Shown: in pieces, positions 35,681 through 36,733 of the stretch | How the letters are laid out: every line of letters begins with the position of its first letter | How positions within the stretch are numbered: the stretch's first letter is position 1 | Source: a virus | Taxonomy: Duplodnaviria > Caudoviricetes | DNA length: 36,733 bases | IMG/VR virus record: IMGVR_UViG_3300028585_000520 | Span: 1 to 36,733 of that record | Reading direction: 5' to 3' (one strand) | Made by a program: the position numbers and the translations under genes | The notes under the pieces: generated by a model | Seen by the model: the letters and a program-made list of their open reading frames with translations, nothing else | Database searches by the model: none | What the model was told of the DNA's origin: nothing

Positions 35681-36490
35681 TTATGATAATTTATTTTCAG
35701 TGATTAATTTGTTTTGAACTTCCTTAGATACCTTGTAGTGTTGTCGGATTTGGGCAATGGTTGTAATCTTTTTTTCTCTAATAGCTTTCTGTAGATTTAA
35801 CCAGTGGCGAGTGAAGTTTTTCTCCTTGTCCATTATGTTTAACCAAGGTAAATCCGCTGGTTGTTGTGAATTACTATTCGGTGCCGGCTGCTGCGGGCTT
35901 TGTTGACTCGGCTGTTGTGGCTGCTGGGGTTGTTGTGTTTGCTGCTGCTGCTGCTGCTTCTGCTGCTGGGGGTAAGTGTACCTTACCACACCATTCTGAT
36001 CTACACCAGTTAAAGAACTCACGTTACCTTCCGTATCAACATTCACTTGCCAAACCCATTCTTTTAATCTTAACTTCCAAGTGGCTTTACCTTGGTTGCC
36101 GTTGGGTGTAAATTCATCCTGATTAAGCTTTAACTGAATGATAGGGTAGTTGTATAGTTCACGGCCAATGCCCCAATTAAAACAGGCACGTTTGAAAGCA
36201 TCAGATGCAGCGCCCTTTGCTTTTTCAACATTCGAGTCTACTCCCACATCCCAGCGCCATATCCATTCATCCGCAATTTTAATTGCTACACCGCAATAAA
36301 GTCGGCCTTCAATTGTCTTGTAATCTTTCTGCCACTTATCGCCACAAATGGCATCTAAACGGTTCATGTCGACACGGGCATCTTTATATGTTACTATAGT
36401 GGCATAGCCCTGCGGATTGATTGATTGAATTCTAAAATCAACATCAGTGATTTTCAATGGTTCCCTTAACTTTTGTAGAATATTATCCAT
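35681..36490 (-). CDS. Rad52/Rad22 (Sak-like) single-strand annealing protein
   Basis: YKDARVDMNRLD and EKAKGAASDAFKRACFNWGIGRELY. Confidence 0.9.
   Translation of the reverse strand: MDNILQKLREPLKITDVDFRIQSINPQGYATIVTYKDARVDMNRLDAICGDKWQKDYKTIEGRLYCGVAIKIADEWIWRWDVGVDSNVEKAKGAASDAFKRACFNWGIGRELYNYPIIQLKLNQDEFTPNGNQGKATWKLRLKEWVWQVNVDTEGNVSSLTGVDQNGVVRYTYPQQQKQQQQQQTQQPQQPQQPSQQSPQQPAPNSNSQQPADLPWLNIMDKEKNFTRHWLNLQKAIREKKITTIAQIRQHYKVSKEVQNKLITENKLS
35860..35968 (-). repeat. CAG/CAA-rich low-complexity tract (Gln/Pro linker)
   Basis: (TGC)6 at 35940-57 on +; encodes QQQKQQQQQQTQQPQQPQQPSQQSPQQP. Confidence 0.85.
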
Positions 36491-36508
36491 GATGGTGTAT
36501 ATGAAAAA

Positions 36509-36733
36509 TTATATTTTGTATTTTTTTCTAAAATGATCCTTTAGTTGTGCAGCGTTCATTCCTGCCATTTTATCTGAGGCCCGGAGCCTTGGGGGCTTAG
36601 ACTTTTTAGCCCCCTGGTCTGCCGGGATCAGTTTTGTAGCTTTGCCTACAAACTGACTTACAAGCTCCCTCAAGCTGTTATTCTCTTCCTGTAGCAACTG
36701 CCAGTCGCTTTCAGGTATACTTATCATTTTCAT
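36509..36733 (-). CDS. Hypothetical protein
   Basis: 74-aa ORF at the window edge. Confidence 0.65.
   Translation of the reverse strand: MKMISIPESDWQLLQEENNSLRELVSQFVGKATKLIPADQGAKKSKPPRLRASDKMAGMNAAQLKDHFRKKYKI

Larger units (their letters stand above)
1..36733. mobile_element. Temperate siphovirus-like prophage (partial; att sites and repressor not in window), probable Bacteroidota host
   Basis: Contiguous integrase, terminases, portal, capsid, tape measure, lysis and replication genes; no tail sheath recognised; no flanking host genes. Confidence 0.95.

Overview
The window is most of a temperate, long-tailed (siphovirus-like) prophage. The host is probably Bacteroidota, Flavobacterium-like. 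This is inferred from TAnnTTTG-type promoter boxes, A-rich start contexts without obvious Shine-Dalgarno sites, and a PcfJ/PcfK/DUF3127-like gene set. A tyrosine integrase (+) opens the window. Almost everything else is on the minus strand. Read in transcription order (right to left), there is first a recombination/replication module (Rad52/Sak SSAP, NinB-like, SSB-like, SNF2 helicase, initiator with internal iterons, beta-clamp, PcfK, PcfJ). An AT-rich moron follows, then RuvC-like, ParB-like and Mom-like genes, the terminases, tail genes and tape measure. After these come the head genes, tail tube and portal, a tail fibre plus an LRR-like protein, and lysis genes. No repressor gene, att site, tRNA or CRISPR array was seen. 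Top findings: (1) an ADP-ribosyltransferase toxin / antitoxin / SecB-like chaperone (CmdTAC-like) anti-phage operon at 25224-26451 whose antitoxin ends in an SsrA-like tag; (2) an unannotated cassette at 1156-1740 with a basic beta-peptide, an acidic beta-peptide with a membrane anchor and an HTH gene, embedded in a chain of six hairpins; (3) a ParB+Mom DNA-modification pair; (4) a shared GACA-N6-TRTC motif at two candidate late promoters. All family assignments come from motif recognition by eye; no database search was run.
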